Positions 16,003 to 24,164 of a stretch of 64,000 bases of DNA are shown piece after piece. Made by a program: the position numbers and the translations under genes. The notes beneath the pieces were generated by a model, which was given only the letters and a program-made list of their open reading frames with translations, made no database searches and had not been told where the DNA came from. Position 1 is the stretch's first letter, and each line of letters starts with the position of its first letter. Origin of the DNA: a virus (taxonomy: Duplodnaviria > Caudoviricetes); IMG/VR virus record IMGVR_UViG_3300025913_000019; one strand, 5' to 3'.

Positions 16003-17139
16003 ATGACGCAAGAAGTGAAGAGCGCACTTTTCCACACGCGCTACCGACCCGAGACCTTCGAGCGGATGATCGGCCACGAGCAGGCCGTGACCCGTGTCAA
16101 GGGCATCATCGCCAAGGGCAACTGGCCGTCGGCGATGCTGATGACTGGCGCACCATCGGCGGGCAAGACGACGCTGGCGCGCTGCATCGCCACGGCCATC
16201 AACGGCAAGTCGATCGCCGAGCAGGTGCGGAACGGCACGTACCGCGAGATCGACGGCGGCTCGCAGCGCACCATCGATGACATGCGCGAGCTGATCCAGA
16301 ACTCGCGACACAAGCCTATGGGTGGCGGCAAGCGCATCTTCGTCATCGACGAGGCGCAGTCGATCCTGACGAACAAGCCGGCCGCGCAAGCGCTGCTGAA
16401 GCCCATCGAGGACTCGGGCACCAGGGACACCATCTGGATTCTGTGCTCGATGGACCCGGGCAAGTTCCAGACCACGACCGAAGGCAAGGCCATCGCCGGC
16501 CGCTGCACGCAGTTCGTCCTTCCGCCGCACACGCAGTCCGATCTCATGAAGATGGCGAAGCGCATCGTCGTCGGCGAAGAGATGACGTACATGAAGGACA
16601 GCGAACTCCTGACCAAGGTCGTGGAGCGCGCTGGCACCATGCGCGAGATCGCGAACCAACTGCAGGCCATCTCCGAGTACTACGAGGGGCTGGAGAAGAA
16701 GCCGAAGAAGCTGGACGAGGAAGCCCTCATGGAGGTGCTGACCAGCATCGAGGGCAACGACGATGCGGCCGTGGCCACGATCCTCTCGTCTGCGCTCGTC
16801 GGCAAGTTCACGCAGGCGCAGCTCGCGATCCTCGACATCGGCGACAGCTTCCAGGCCATCAACAAGATGGTGATGGCCGCGAACTTCATGCTCAACATGA
16901 TCGTCCTCAACGGCAAGAAGCACCCGAAGCTCATTTGGGCTCCGGTGTGCCGCATGGCCTGGGAGAAGACGAAGGGCCAGAAGATCCCTCTCGGTCACTA
17001 CGCCGGGCTGCTCGAGATGGCCGTCCAGCTGAAGAACGAGTCGATGGACTTCACGGTCGACGCCGGCGCCCTGATCTCGCAGAAGATCTACCGCTACATC
17101 AAGAACGTGGTGGCCCCGGCAGCCGAGAAGAAGGACTGA
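16003..17139 (+). CDS. dnaX: Clamp loader AAA+ ATPase, DNA Pol III gamma/tau-like
   Basis: TRYRPETFERMIGHEQAV; Walker A GAPSAGKTT; Walker B FVIDEAQ. Confidence 0.85.
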   Translation: MTQEVKSALFHTRYRPETFERMIGHEQAVTRVKGIIAKGNWPSAMLMTGAPSAGKTTLARCIATAINGKSIAEQVRNGTYREIDGGSQRTIDDMRELIQNSRHKPMGGGKRIFVIDEAQSILTNKPAAQALLKPIEDSGTRDTIWILCSMDPGKFQTTTEGKAIAGRCTQFVLPPHTQSDLMKMAKRIVVGEEMTYMKDSELLTKVVERAGTMREIANQLQAISEYYEGLEKKPKKLDEEALMEVLTSIEGNDDAAVATILSSALVGKFTQAQLAILDIGDSFQAINKMVMAANFMLNMIVLNGKKHPKLIWAPVCRMAWEKTKGQKIPLGHYAGLLEMAVQLKNESMDFTVDAGALISQKIYRYIKNVVAPAAEKKD

Positions 17140-17140
17140 C

Positions 17141-17782
17141 ATGAGCAGCCACACCAACGATGCGTACCGCGAAGGTTGGGATCGGATCTTCGGTCGGTTC
17201 GCCAAGGCATACCTCGATGCCCAGGTCAGCCACATCATCAGGCACGGTCCCGATGTGGCTGTCAACATGTACCCGGATAGGCCGACGTTCGAGGAGATCG
17301 TGGCTCGACTCGAGACCGTGATCTTCGTCACCAACAAGCTCGACACGTCGTTGGTACCGAAGCACGGAGCCTGCGTCCCGTACTACGTGAACGTGAAGGA
17401 CAAGCACATCGCGCGCTGGCACGAGATCATCGTCAAGCACTGGGCCGGATGCTACTTGAACTGCTCAGTCGACGAGACGCACATGATAGCGGGCCTGCAG
17501 CGTGGCTTCATCGATCTCGAGCGCCACGCTCTCACCGAGGAAGAGCACTTCACGCTGGTACCGAAGCCCCAGTGCGAGGCAGAACGTGATGAAGCCTGGC
17601 GCACGGGACTCAACGTCATTCGCAACATCGTGGGCCGCGGTCTCGTTCTTTGGGAGGGGCTGCTGTGGGTTGATGGCCGGTGCCGGATACCGATGCTGTT
17701 CCCACACGACAAGCGCGAAGCAGAGATCCGAGCAACGCTGCGTGCGCTGATCAGTCGTGGCATTCTCCCGCCCAGGGACTAG
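17141..17782 (+). CDS. Hypothetical protein with N-terminal YREGWDRIFG peptide
   Basis: ATG 1 nt after the upstream stop; peptide shared with the next gene. Confidence 0.7.
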   Translation: MSSHTNDAYREGWDRIFGRFAKAYLDAQVSHIIRHGPDVAVNMYPDRPTFEEIVARLETVIFVTNKLDTSLVPKHGACVPYYVNVKDKHIARWHEIIVKHWAGCYLNCSVDETHMIAGLQRGFIDLERHALTEEEHFTLVPKPQCEAERDEAWRTGLNVIRNIVGRGLVLWEGLLWVDGRCRIPMLFPHDKREAEIRATLRALISRGILPPRD

Positions 17783-17816
17783 ACCATTTCACAACCTCAA
17801 TACAAGGAACAAGGCA

Positions 17817-18140
17817 ATGAGCCGCAAGAACGACATCACGGGCGCCGAGCTGGTGACGAAGGCCAACACCAAGGAGTACGCCGAGGGCTACGACCGCATC
17901 TTCGGCAAGCCGAAGGAACGAGACCCGTTGGCCGGGACCCTGAAGTGCTTGCAGATCGAGGTCAATGGCAAGCTCTACAACGTCGGCAACCCGTCGATGA
18001 CGAAGGAGAAGATCCTCAAGCTGGCCGGCATGACCGACGGTCGCGTCACCTTCCGGCGCGGCGGCTACGACGTGGGTCTCAACGATGGCGAGTCGATGCC
18101 GGTCTTCCAAGGCCAGCGCTTCTTCGTCAAGGAGCGCTAG
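17817..18140 (+). CDS. Protein with YAEGYDRIFG peptide and C-terminal Multi_ubiq-like (beta-grasp) domain
   Basis: Start MSRKND after SD AAGGA/AAGG; IEVNGKLYNVGNPSMTKEKILKLAG...VTFRRGG...DGESMPVFQGQRFFV. Confidence 0.65.
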   Translation: MSRKNDITGAELVTKANTKEYAEGYDRIFGKPKERDPLAGTLKCLQIEVNGKLYNVGNPSMTKEKILKLAGMTDGRVTFRRGGYDVGLNDGESMPVFQGQRFFVKER

Positions 18141-18530
18141 ATGAGCAGGTGTGATTCGTGCAAGCACTTCTACCAGAACGCCGTGGGTAATGCGCGTTGC
18201 GGCGCTGACCAGATGTTCCAGGACTTCAGCTGCCACACCGGACTGCCGGCCAACGTGAACCCGGTCGGCTGCAAGGCCTACTCGATCCACGAGCTGGACG
18301 AGCTGCGCAAGGTCGTCTACAAGCGGGTCATGTTCGGCACCTCCTACATGCAGGTGAAAGACCTGCCCGATGGCGAGTTCACGATCCCGCACCGTCGCTA
18401 CCTCGACGACAAGGACCCGCGGTTCACGGCTACGGTCGAGGACCAGGTGCGGACCCTCATGGTGGCCGGTGTCGTGGCTGCCGACGTGATCGCGGCTGAC
18501 AAGTACTACTTCGAGGAGTCGAAGAAATGA
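18141..18530 (+). CDS. Hypothetical protein with N-terminal Cys cluster
   Basis: CDSCKHF...C...C...C; directly abuts neighbours. Confidence 0.7.
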   Translation: MSRCDSCKHFYQNAVGNARCGADQMFQDFSCHTGLPANVNPVGCKAYSIHELDELRKVVYKRVMFGTSYMQVKDLPDGEFTIPHRRYLDDKDPRFTATVEDQVRTLMVAGVVAADVIAADKYYFEESKK

Positions 18531-19300
18531 TCCACGACTACAACCCCATGCGGAACCTGCCGGCGGCATTGCTGAACGAGGACGGCCACAAGTCGCCGAT
18601 CACGATCAAGCGCCAGTTCGGCATCGCCATGCCCGAGGACTTCAACGGCAAGTGGTTCCACTCCGTCGGCGCGTTTCTGGCGGACCCGAAGCGCCAGTCC
18701 GGGACCTGGGTCATCACGTCGGACGCGTGGTCGTTCGAGCCCGTCTACGTGGCCTGGAACGATGTGAGCCGCGAGTGGATCAACGGCGGGATCGAGGGTC
18801 GCAACCTGTCGAACCCGACCATCTACGTCAACGGTCTGACGTTCAAGGCGCCGGCGGCGGGTCTGATCGATCGCTCGACGCTGATGACGATGATGAGCTT
18901 CACCGGCGATCCCGAGAACTACAAGTTCGAGTACAGGGTCGGCACGGGCTTCGCCGAGATCACGACGCACATGGTCCAGACGGCACACCAGATGCACTTC
19001 AAGGCCACGCCGCGCGATCCGAAGATCGTGGTCGCCGACCTGCTCTCCTGGCTGGCGGGTCTCAACTGCGTGCGTGCGCAGCTGACGAAGGAAGTCGTGG
19101 GCCCGAGAACCATGGAGACCTTCGCGCGTGAGAACTGGTTGACCGACACGGACTTCAGGGAGATCCAGCGCGCCGGCGTCTTCTGGCGTGTGAACATCTG
19201 CATGGACTGGAAATCCGACGGGCACTTCTTCTTCGGCGCAACTCCGCAGCGCACGCTGCAGCAGGCCAAGGACAAGCACACCCGTGGAGAGCTGAAGTGA
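18527..19300 (+). CDS. Multi-domain protein with an internal Multi_ubiq-like domain
   Basis: IYVNGLTF...YKFEYRVGTG...MVQTAHQMHFKATP (about 18821-19020). Confidence 0.6.
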   Translation: MIHDYNPMRNLPAALLNEDGHKSPITIKRQFGIAMPEDFNGKWFHSVGAFLADPKRQSGTWVITSDAWSFEPVYVAWNDVSREWINGGIEGRNLSNPTIYVNGLTFKAPAAGLIDRSTLMTMMSFTGDPENYKFEYRVGTGFAEITTHMVQTAHQMHFKATPRDPKIVVADLLSWLAGLNCVRAQLTKEVVGPRTMETFARENWLTDTDFREIQRAGVFWRVNICMDWKSDGHFFFGATPQRTLQQAKDKHTRGELK

Positions 19301-19539
19301 TCCCGTTCGATCAGCTCATCTCGTGGATATCGGTGGCACTCATCGTCGCCTTCGTGTTCGTGCTCCGATCTCTTGTCTTCGCCATGAAGGAAACCGAAGT
19401 GGAACTCCACGACCTGAACCGGATGATCGAGCGCCTGCAGCAGCCGGAGACCAAGAAGCGGAAGTCGCATCTCAGCCAGGCCGGCATCGAGATGTGGCTG
19501 AAGCGCAACCTCAAGCGGCGGAAGGGGATCAGGCGATGA
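19297..19539 (+). CDS. Small membrane protein (N-terminal TM, basic tail)
   Basis: LISWISVALIVAFVFVL; GTGA coupling. Confidence 0.7.
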   Translation: MIPFDQLISWISVALIVAFVFVLRSLVFAMKETEVELHDLNRMIERLQQPETKKRKSHLSQAGIEMWLKRNLKRRKGIRR

Positions 19540-20063
19540 GCAAGTCTCAAGACATACTGCAGACACTGGAGCAGACGCTCTTCAGCCACTACCCGGGTCT
19601 CGAGTCCGTTGCAGCGAAGAAGCTGCTGCGCACATGGGTTGCGCTGAACTTCGATTCTCAAGGTGGGCTCCAGTGTCTGCCGACTCCGGTACTGCCTGTC
19701 AGCAAGCTCCTCAACACGGGGCAGCTTGGTGAGAACGGGAAATGCAGGCACGGTGGCGGCCGTCAGGGCGCGCGCTGCGTCAGCCACTGTGGCAACAGCG
19801 ACTGCACGGGCCCCGTCGAGCTCGCTGCCGACGTGCAGTGCCCGAACCTCACGGCCTGCTTCATCGTCGAGTGCGAACAGAACGAGCACGACTCGTGGGC
19901 GCGATCTTCGTTCGATCCGCCGCCAAGTCTCGAAGACTATCGAGTCATATGCCATGAACGTCCGCGAGAACGCATCTTCACCATGAAGTGCATGTGCCGT
20001 ACTCACCAGACGCTACTCATGCGAGTCCGCACCGAAGAGCGAGTCACCTACGAGAAGGCATGA
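19536..20063 (+). CDS. Cys-rich hypothetical protein
   Basis: ATGA-coupled start MSKSQD; many Cys/His residues. Confidence 0.65.
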   Translation: MSKSQDILQTLEQTLFSHYPGLESVAAKKLLRTWVALNFDSQGGLQCLPTPVLPVSKLLNTGQLGENGKCRHGGGRQGARCVSHCGNSDCTGPVELAADVQCPNLTACFIVECEQNEHDSWARSSFDPPPSLEDYRVICHERPRERIFTMKCMCRTHQTLLMRVRTEERVTYEKA

Positions 20064-20524
20064 TGACCAAGTACACAGCCGAACAAGTGAAGGACATGAG
20101 CGAGCTGATCGTTCGTGCTCTGCAAGAGCCGAACCTCATCGCCGCTCTGTCCTTCGTTGCCGTTTGGGATACCGAACGAGCCATCGAGCAGGCGCGACGG
20201 AACAACTTCGAGTCCTGGGAGACGTGCACTCGTTTCCTCTTCACCGAGGTCGTCAACGCTTGGAATGCGAGGGACGGTGACATCGAATGCCCGCGGACTC
20301 CGATGTGCACCCTGACCACCGTGGAGCCTGAGCGTCTGCAGCATCGCACGGTCGAACGTCGTGCGTCAGTTGCTGAGGAGCGCGAAGGTCCTGCAGCACG
20401 GAAGGCTCACAAGTCGCCGGTCGTCTCCTTCTGGCGATCGGTCTGCAAGTGTGCGACGCACGGTCGTACCTTTGAACGGGAGCGTGCGCTGCGCGGTACG
20501 ATTGAATACAAGGAGTTGCTATGA
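20060..20524 (+). CDS. Hypothetical protein
   Basis: ATGA-coupled start MMTKYT. Confidence 0.65.
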   Translation: MMTKYTAEQVKDMSELIVRALQEPNLIAALSFVAVWDTERAIEQARRNNFESWETCTRFLFTEVVNAWNARDGDIECPRTPMCTLTTVEPERLQHRTVERRASVAEEREGPAARKAHKSPVVSFWRSVCKCATHGRTFERERALRGTIEYKELL

Positions 20525-20937
20525 GCGACCTCGACCTGATCCTCACGTCCAACGTGAACGAGTTCCTGACAAAGCGCGGGAACGGCTCGCTCTTCGAGTC
20601 TGCGCCATGGCTGTACCGAACGAACGAGGCCGACATCGCTGCAGGGACGAAGGTTCGTGTTCCCATGTCCGAGTTTCTGAGCCGCGAGTTTGTGTCTGAC
20701 GGCACGGTGGCGCTGAGACGCGTGCAGCTGAGCGTGACGCTGACCGCGAACCAGATGGAGCGGCACAACGTGACTCGACAGCTGCTGGCCTCGGAGCAGC
20801 GCTTCATCGACATGATGAACAGGAAGGACGAAGGAGTGCTCCATCTCTTCCGCTTCAGCAACGAGTGGAGCTGGCGCGAGTGGGCCGGCCGGATGGACTT
20901 CACGCGCACCGTGAGTGCGATCAAGGAACTGCAATGA
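20521..20937 (+). CDS. Hypothetical protein (138 aa)
   Basis: SD AAGGAG; coupled on both ends. Confidence 0.7.
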   Translation: MSDLDLILTSNVNEFLTKRGNGSLFESAPWLYRTNEADIAAGTKVRVPMSEFLSREFVSDGTVALRRVQLSVTLTANQMERHNVTRQLLASEQRFIDMMNRKDEGVLHLFRFSNEWSWREWAGRMDFTRTVSAIKELQ

Positions 20938-21422
20938 ACGACGATCAACGCGACTACATGCGGCGAGGCACCGAGAGCTTCCTCTGCACGGTGGCCTTCA
21001 GCCACAAGCCCTTCGACGGCAAGCGGCGCTACACCCACCTGCCGTGGGACGAACAGGCGCGGCCGCACCTCGACGAGAGCCGAGTGCGCATGGTCCGTGT
21101 CGTGGACCCCGAAATGGTGCCGCGTACTGTCGAGACCGAGATCGAAGGCGCGCACTACGCGTCGATCAACGTCCCGGTCGTCCGGCTCTGGTTCGTGAAC
21201 ACGCCGGGCTTCCGTTCCTTCCAGGACACAGTGCGCGAGATGCAGCGGCAGGATGAGTTCCTGGTCTCGCGACTCGGTACCGAACGCACGATCAAGGAGC
21301 GGCTGCTCTATCGCGAAGACGAGCGCATCCGCCTCTGGCACTCTGGCTGGCGGGCCAGGGTCCATGAGGATGGCCGGTGGGAGTTCGAGGCAAAGACTGC
21401 AGCAGTGAGGATCATGCGGTGA
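20934..21422 (+). CDS. Hypothetical protein
   Basis: ATGA-coupled start MNDDQR. Confidence 0.7.
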   Translation: MNDDQRDYMRRGTESFLCTVAFSHKPFDGKRRYTHLPWDEQARPHLDESRVRMVRVVDPEMVPRTVETEIEGAHYASINVPVVRLWFVNTPGFRSFQDTVREMQRQDEFLVSRLGTERTIKERLLYREDERIRLWHSGWRARVHEDGRWEFEAKTAAVRIMR

Positions 21423-21673
21423 CGTTGGTGAACAAGTACCAGGAAGTCGAGGACCTGATCGTGGCCGCGATCCGGCGCGGCCAGAAGACCGATCATGTAA
21501 ATAACGGGGTGATCTGGAACGCGATGTCCGAAGTGACGGAGCGCGACGACAACCCGTATGTCGCCAACGCCATCAAGACCCGGATGCAGAAGTTGCGCGA
21601 CCAGAAGATCATCCAGCACTGCCGCACCAACGGCTGGTCGTTGGTCCCCAAACCCGAACAGGAACAATCATGA
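21419..21673 (+). CDS. Small putative winged-helix DNA-binding protein
   Basis: GTGA-coupled start; ANAIKTRMQKLRDQKIIQHCRTNGWSL wing-like end. Confidence 0.55.
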   Translation: MTLVNKYQEVEDLIVAAIRRGQKTDHVNNGVIWNAMSEVTERDDNPYVANAIKTRMQKLRDQKIIQHCRTNGWSLVPKPEQEQS

Positions 21674-22026
21674 GCGAACCCAAGACCCGCAAGATCACGA
21701 CCATCGTCGCCGGCGGCGACATGTGGGAGCCCACCCACGAAGAACTGCAGACCCTCGTCGAGCAGTTCATGCACGCGGACATGGACCCGAACGGCTCCGT
21801 GGTAGCGACCACGACCTCGAAGCCCGTGAAGGTCCGTGTCATCGATGTCACGGCTTCCGAGGGCATCCTCGCTTCGACCGGCTGGCTCAGCGACAAGGAC
21901 ATCGAGCTCTGCTGCGAAGCCGCGGCGCGCGCTCAGCATGGTCTGCCCGCTGGCTCCGAAGAGCGCACGCGTGCGGGCATCCTGGCCTTCCGTGCCCGGC
22001 TCGACCTCCGCATGAACGAAGACTGA
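21670..22026 (+). CDS. Hypothetical protein (118 aa)
   Basis: SD AGGAAC; ATGA coupling. Confidence 0.7.
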   Translation: MSEPKTRKITTIVAGGDMWEPTHEELQTLVEQFMHADMDPNGSVVATTTSKPVKVRVIDVTASEGILASTGWLSDKDIELCCEAAARAQHGLPAGSEERTRAGILAFRARLDLRMNED

Positions 22027-22037
22027 GAGGCACGACG

Positions 22038-22646
22038 ATGAGCAACAAGCTGAGCACCAAGACCGTGCAGCACCTCCAGAACGCGAAGGCGCTTATCGGC
22101 AACAAGATGGAGTCGTGGCTGGGTCGTGAGCCCTTTCCAGGCGAGGCCGAGAAGCGCTACAAGGGCATGATGTCCGACGTGAACTTCGAGCTCCACGAGT
22201 ACGAGACCACGGACGGACCGCAGCCGCCGATGAGCCCGCACCTCGCGGCCGTGCTCAACGAGTACAAGGGCCTGCTCGAAGACACGATCCTCTTCTGGAC
22301 GAGTCGCGATCAGGCGACGGCCACGAGCTACGAAGCCGTGCTGAAGGATCTCGAGCAGCTGCTGGAAGTGACCGAAGTACTGCCGGGTGCGCCGGTGCCG
22401 ACGCCGGCCCAACGTCCGAACGTCCGCTGCATGGAACTCGGGCGCTGCAAGATCAAGGTCGTGAACGAGACGATGCGGGCTGACACGCCGACGCAGACGC
22501 CCAACGGCCAGTGGATCTTCGATGACCCGGAGGTCTATCGCCAGAACCGCGAGTGCATGACGTGCGGCCGGCAGTGGACGACCTCGGTCAACCACGGCCA
22601 GTCCGGCACGTTCGAGGTCAAGGCGCCGCAGAGGATCATGCTATGA
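22038..22646 (+). CDS. Hypothetical protein with C-terminal Zn-ribbon-like motif
   Basis: SD GAGAGG; C-terminal RECMTCGRQW. Confidence 0.7.
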   Translation: MSNKLSTKTVQHLQNAKALIGNKMESWLGREPFPGEAEKRYKGMMSDVNFELHEYETTDGPQPPMSPHLAAVLNEYKGLLEDTILFWTSRDQATATSYEAVLKDLEQLLEVTEVLPGAPVPTPAQRPNVRCMELGRCKIKVVNETMRADTPTQTPNGQWIFDDPEVYRQNRECMTCGRQWTTSVNHGQSGTFEVKAPQRIML

Positions 22647-23038
22647 GCGGCGGCCGCATCTATCGACTGAAGGTCGACCCGCTCCCGCTCTCGGCGTGCC
22701 GGCCCGATGCCGTCTACGAGTACATGGCCTACGGTGATCCGCTGAGCAGACCGGCCTTCGGACCGGAGCAGGTTGCGCGAGACAACATCAAGCGGCACGC
22801 GATCCCCGTCAAGTACTACGTGGCCAAGGGCGAGGACGCGTTCATCGCCATGGACAAGGAAGTCTTCGAGCTCATCGACTTCGTGTTCAACGAGGAGCGC
22901 GAGCACCTGGTATCCGTGGCCGCGAACTACAACCGGAAGCACGAGGACCTGGATCTCAAGGTCAAGGCCGACAAGCGAGCCTTCAACGCCCTGCCCTGGT
23001 ACAAGCGCGTCTGGCTCGCCTTCAAGAAGAACGTGTAA
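22643..23038 (+). CDS. Hypothetical protein
   Basis: ATGA-coupled start MSGGRIY. Confidence 0.7.
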   Translation: MSGGRIYRLKVDPLPLSACRPDAVYEYMAYGDPLSRPAFGPEQVARDNIKRHAIPVKYYVAKGEDAFIAMDKEVFELIDFVFNEEREHLVSVAANYNRKHEDLDLKVKADKRAFNALPWYKRVWLAFKKNV

Positions 23039-23041
23039 ATA
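23034..23041 (+). promoter_or_regulatory. Candidate phage promoter box TGTAAATA
   Basis: 26 nt upstream of the GTG start at 23068, which heads the dNMP kinase/SbcC unit. Confidence 0.55.
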
Positions 23042-23067
23042 GACGGATCTACAGAACGGAGAACGAA

Positions 23068-23439
23068 GTGGCAACTGCGAATCGCAAAGTGAAGGCTGCG
23101 GCCCTCAAGCCCCGCAAGACACCGGCGGCCAAGAAGGCGGCAACCGGCGTCGAGTGGAAGAACAAGACCATCGCCGAGGTCGAGGTCTCCGAAGGCCATC
23201 ACTGGGTGGCACAACTCAGCGCCTGCAACGACGGCCGCAAGCTCCGTTCCGTCAAGCAGGTCATCACCAAGCGCGACGGCACCCAGCACTTCATCAACGG
23301 CTTCATGACCAAGAACGAGCCGGACGGCAAGGAGCTGAAGATCATCATCGGGCTGCTGCTCAAGGTGATGCCGAAGACGGCCAACCTCGGGTCTGTCCTC
23401 AAGGCGGTGAAGGCCGCAATCGCGGAGCGTGAAGCATGA
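23068..23439 (+). CDS. Basic protein, possible PC4-like ssDNA-binding fold
   Basis: Lys/Ala-rich N-tail followed by a beta-rich core; SD GGAG. Confidence 0.6.
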   Translation: MATANRKVKAAALKPRKTPAAKKAATGVEWKNKTIAEVEVSEGHHWVAQLSACNDGRKLRSVKQVITKRDGTQHFINGFMTKNEPDGKELKIIIGLLLKVMPKTANLGSVLKAVKAAIAEREA

Positions 23440-24164
23440 AGCACAAGATCATCGCCATCGCCGGCAACATCGGCTCGGGCAAGGACACGGTCGGCGACTA
23501 CCTCGTCAAGAACCACGGCTTCAAGCGCATGAGCTTCGCCGGCGTCATGAAGGATGCCATGGCCTCCATGTTCGGCTGGGATCGCAAGATGCTGGACGGC
23601 ACGACCGAGGAGTCGCGCGAGTGGCGCAACGAGATCGACGAGTGGTGGACGGAGAAGCTGGACCTCGATCAGGCGGTGACGCCGCGCTGGATGATGCAGA
23701 ACTTCGGCACCGAGGTCGTCAGGCGCAACCTCCACGACAACTTCTGGATCTTCGCGCTCCAGCGCCAGATCGAACTTCACGACGGCCCGGTCGTCATCAC
23801 CGACGGCCGTTTCCTGAACGAGCTCTACCACGTCCACGAGTGGGGCGGCCAGGTGTGGGGCATCCACCGTCGGCAGCCCGATTGGTTGCGGCCCTTCTAC
23901 CGCGAGGTCGAGAAGGGCGGGCTCACGCAAGAGGCGTGGTCCCAGCTCAACCTCGCCAACGAGAAGATCCGCATGGATCTCCTGGGTCAAGGGCGTCTCG
24001 CCATGGCTGCCATCGCCAACAGGTTCGTCGGCGGCGTTCCGATCCACGAGTCGGAGTGGCAGTTTACGCTCTGGAACGACTACGACCTCATGATCGACAA
24101 CCGCACTTCGTTGCCTCACACCTTCGACCAGGTCGAGGCGCGGCTGCAAGGCAAGGACAAGTAA
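23436..24164 (+). CDS. Deoxynucleoside monophosphate kinase (T4 gp1-like)
   Basis: AGNIGSGKDT P-loop; SFAGVMKD; ESREWR; TPRWMMQNFGTEV. Confidence 0.9.
   Translation: MKHKIIAIAGNIGSGKDTVGDYLVKNHGFKRMSFAGVMKDAMASMFGWDRKMLDGTTEESREWRNEIDEWWTEKLDLDQAVTPRWMMQNFGTEVVRRNLHDNFWIFALQRQIELHDGPVVITDGRFLNELYHVHEWGGQVWGIHRRQPDWLRPFYREVEKGGLTQEAWSQLNLANEKIRMDLLGQGRLAMAAIANRFVGGVPIHESEWQFTLWNDYDLMIDNRTSLPHTFDQVEARLQGKDK

Noticed and set aside
17141-19300. Complete phage-encoded ubiquitination operon (E1/E2/JAB) around the Ubl domains
   Set aside because: No ThiF GxGxxG, JAB HxH or E2 motifs recognised in neighbours, and neither Ubl ends in Gly; kept only as a decoy hypothesis
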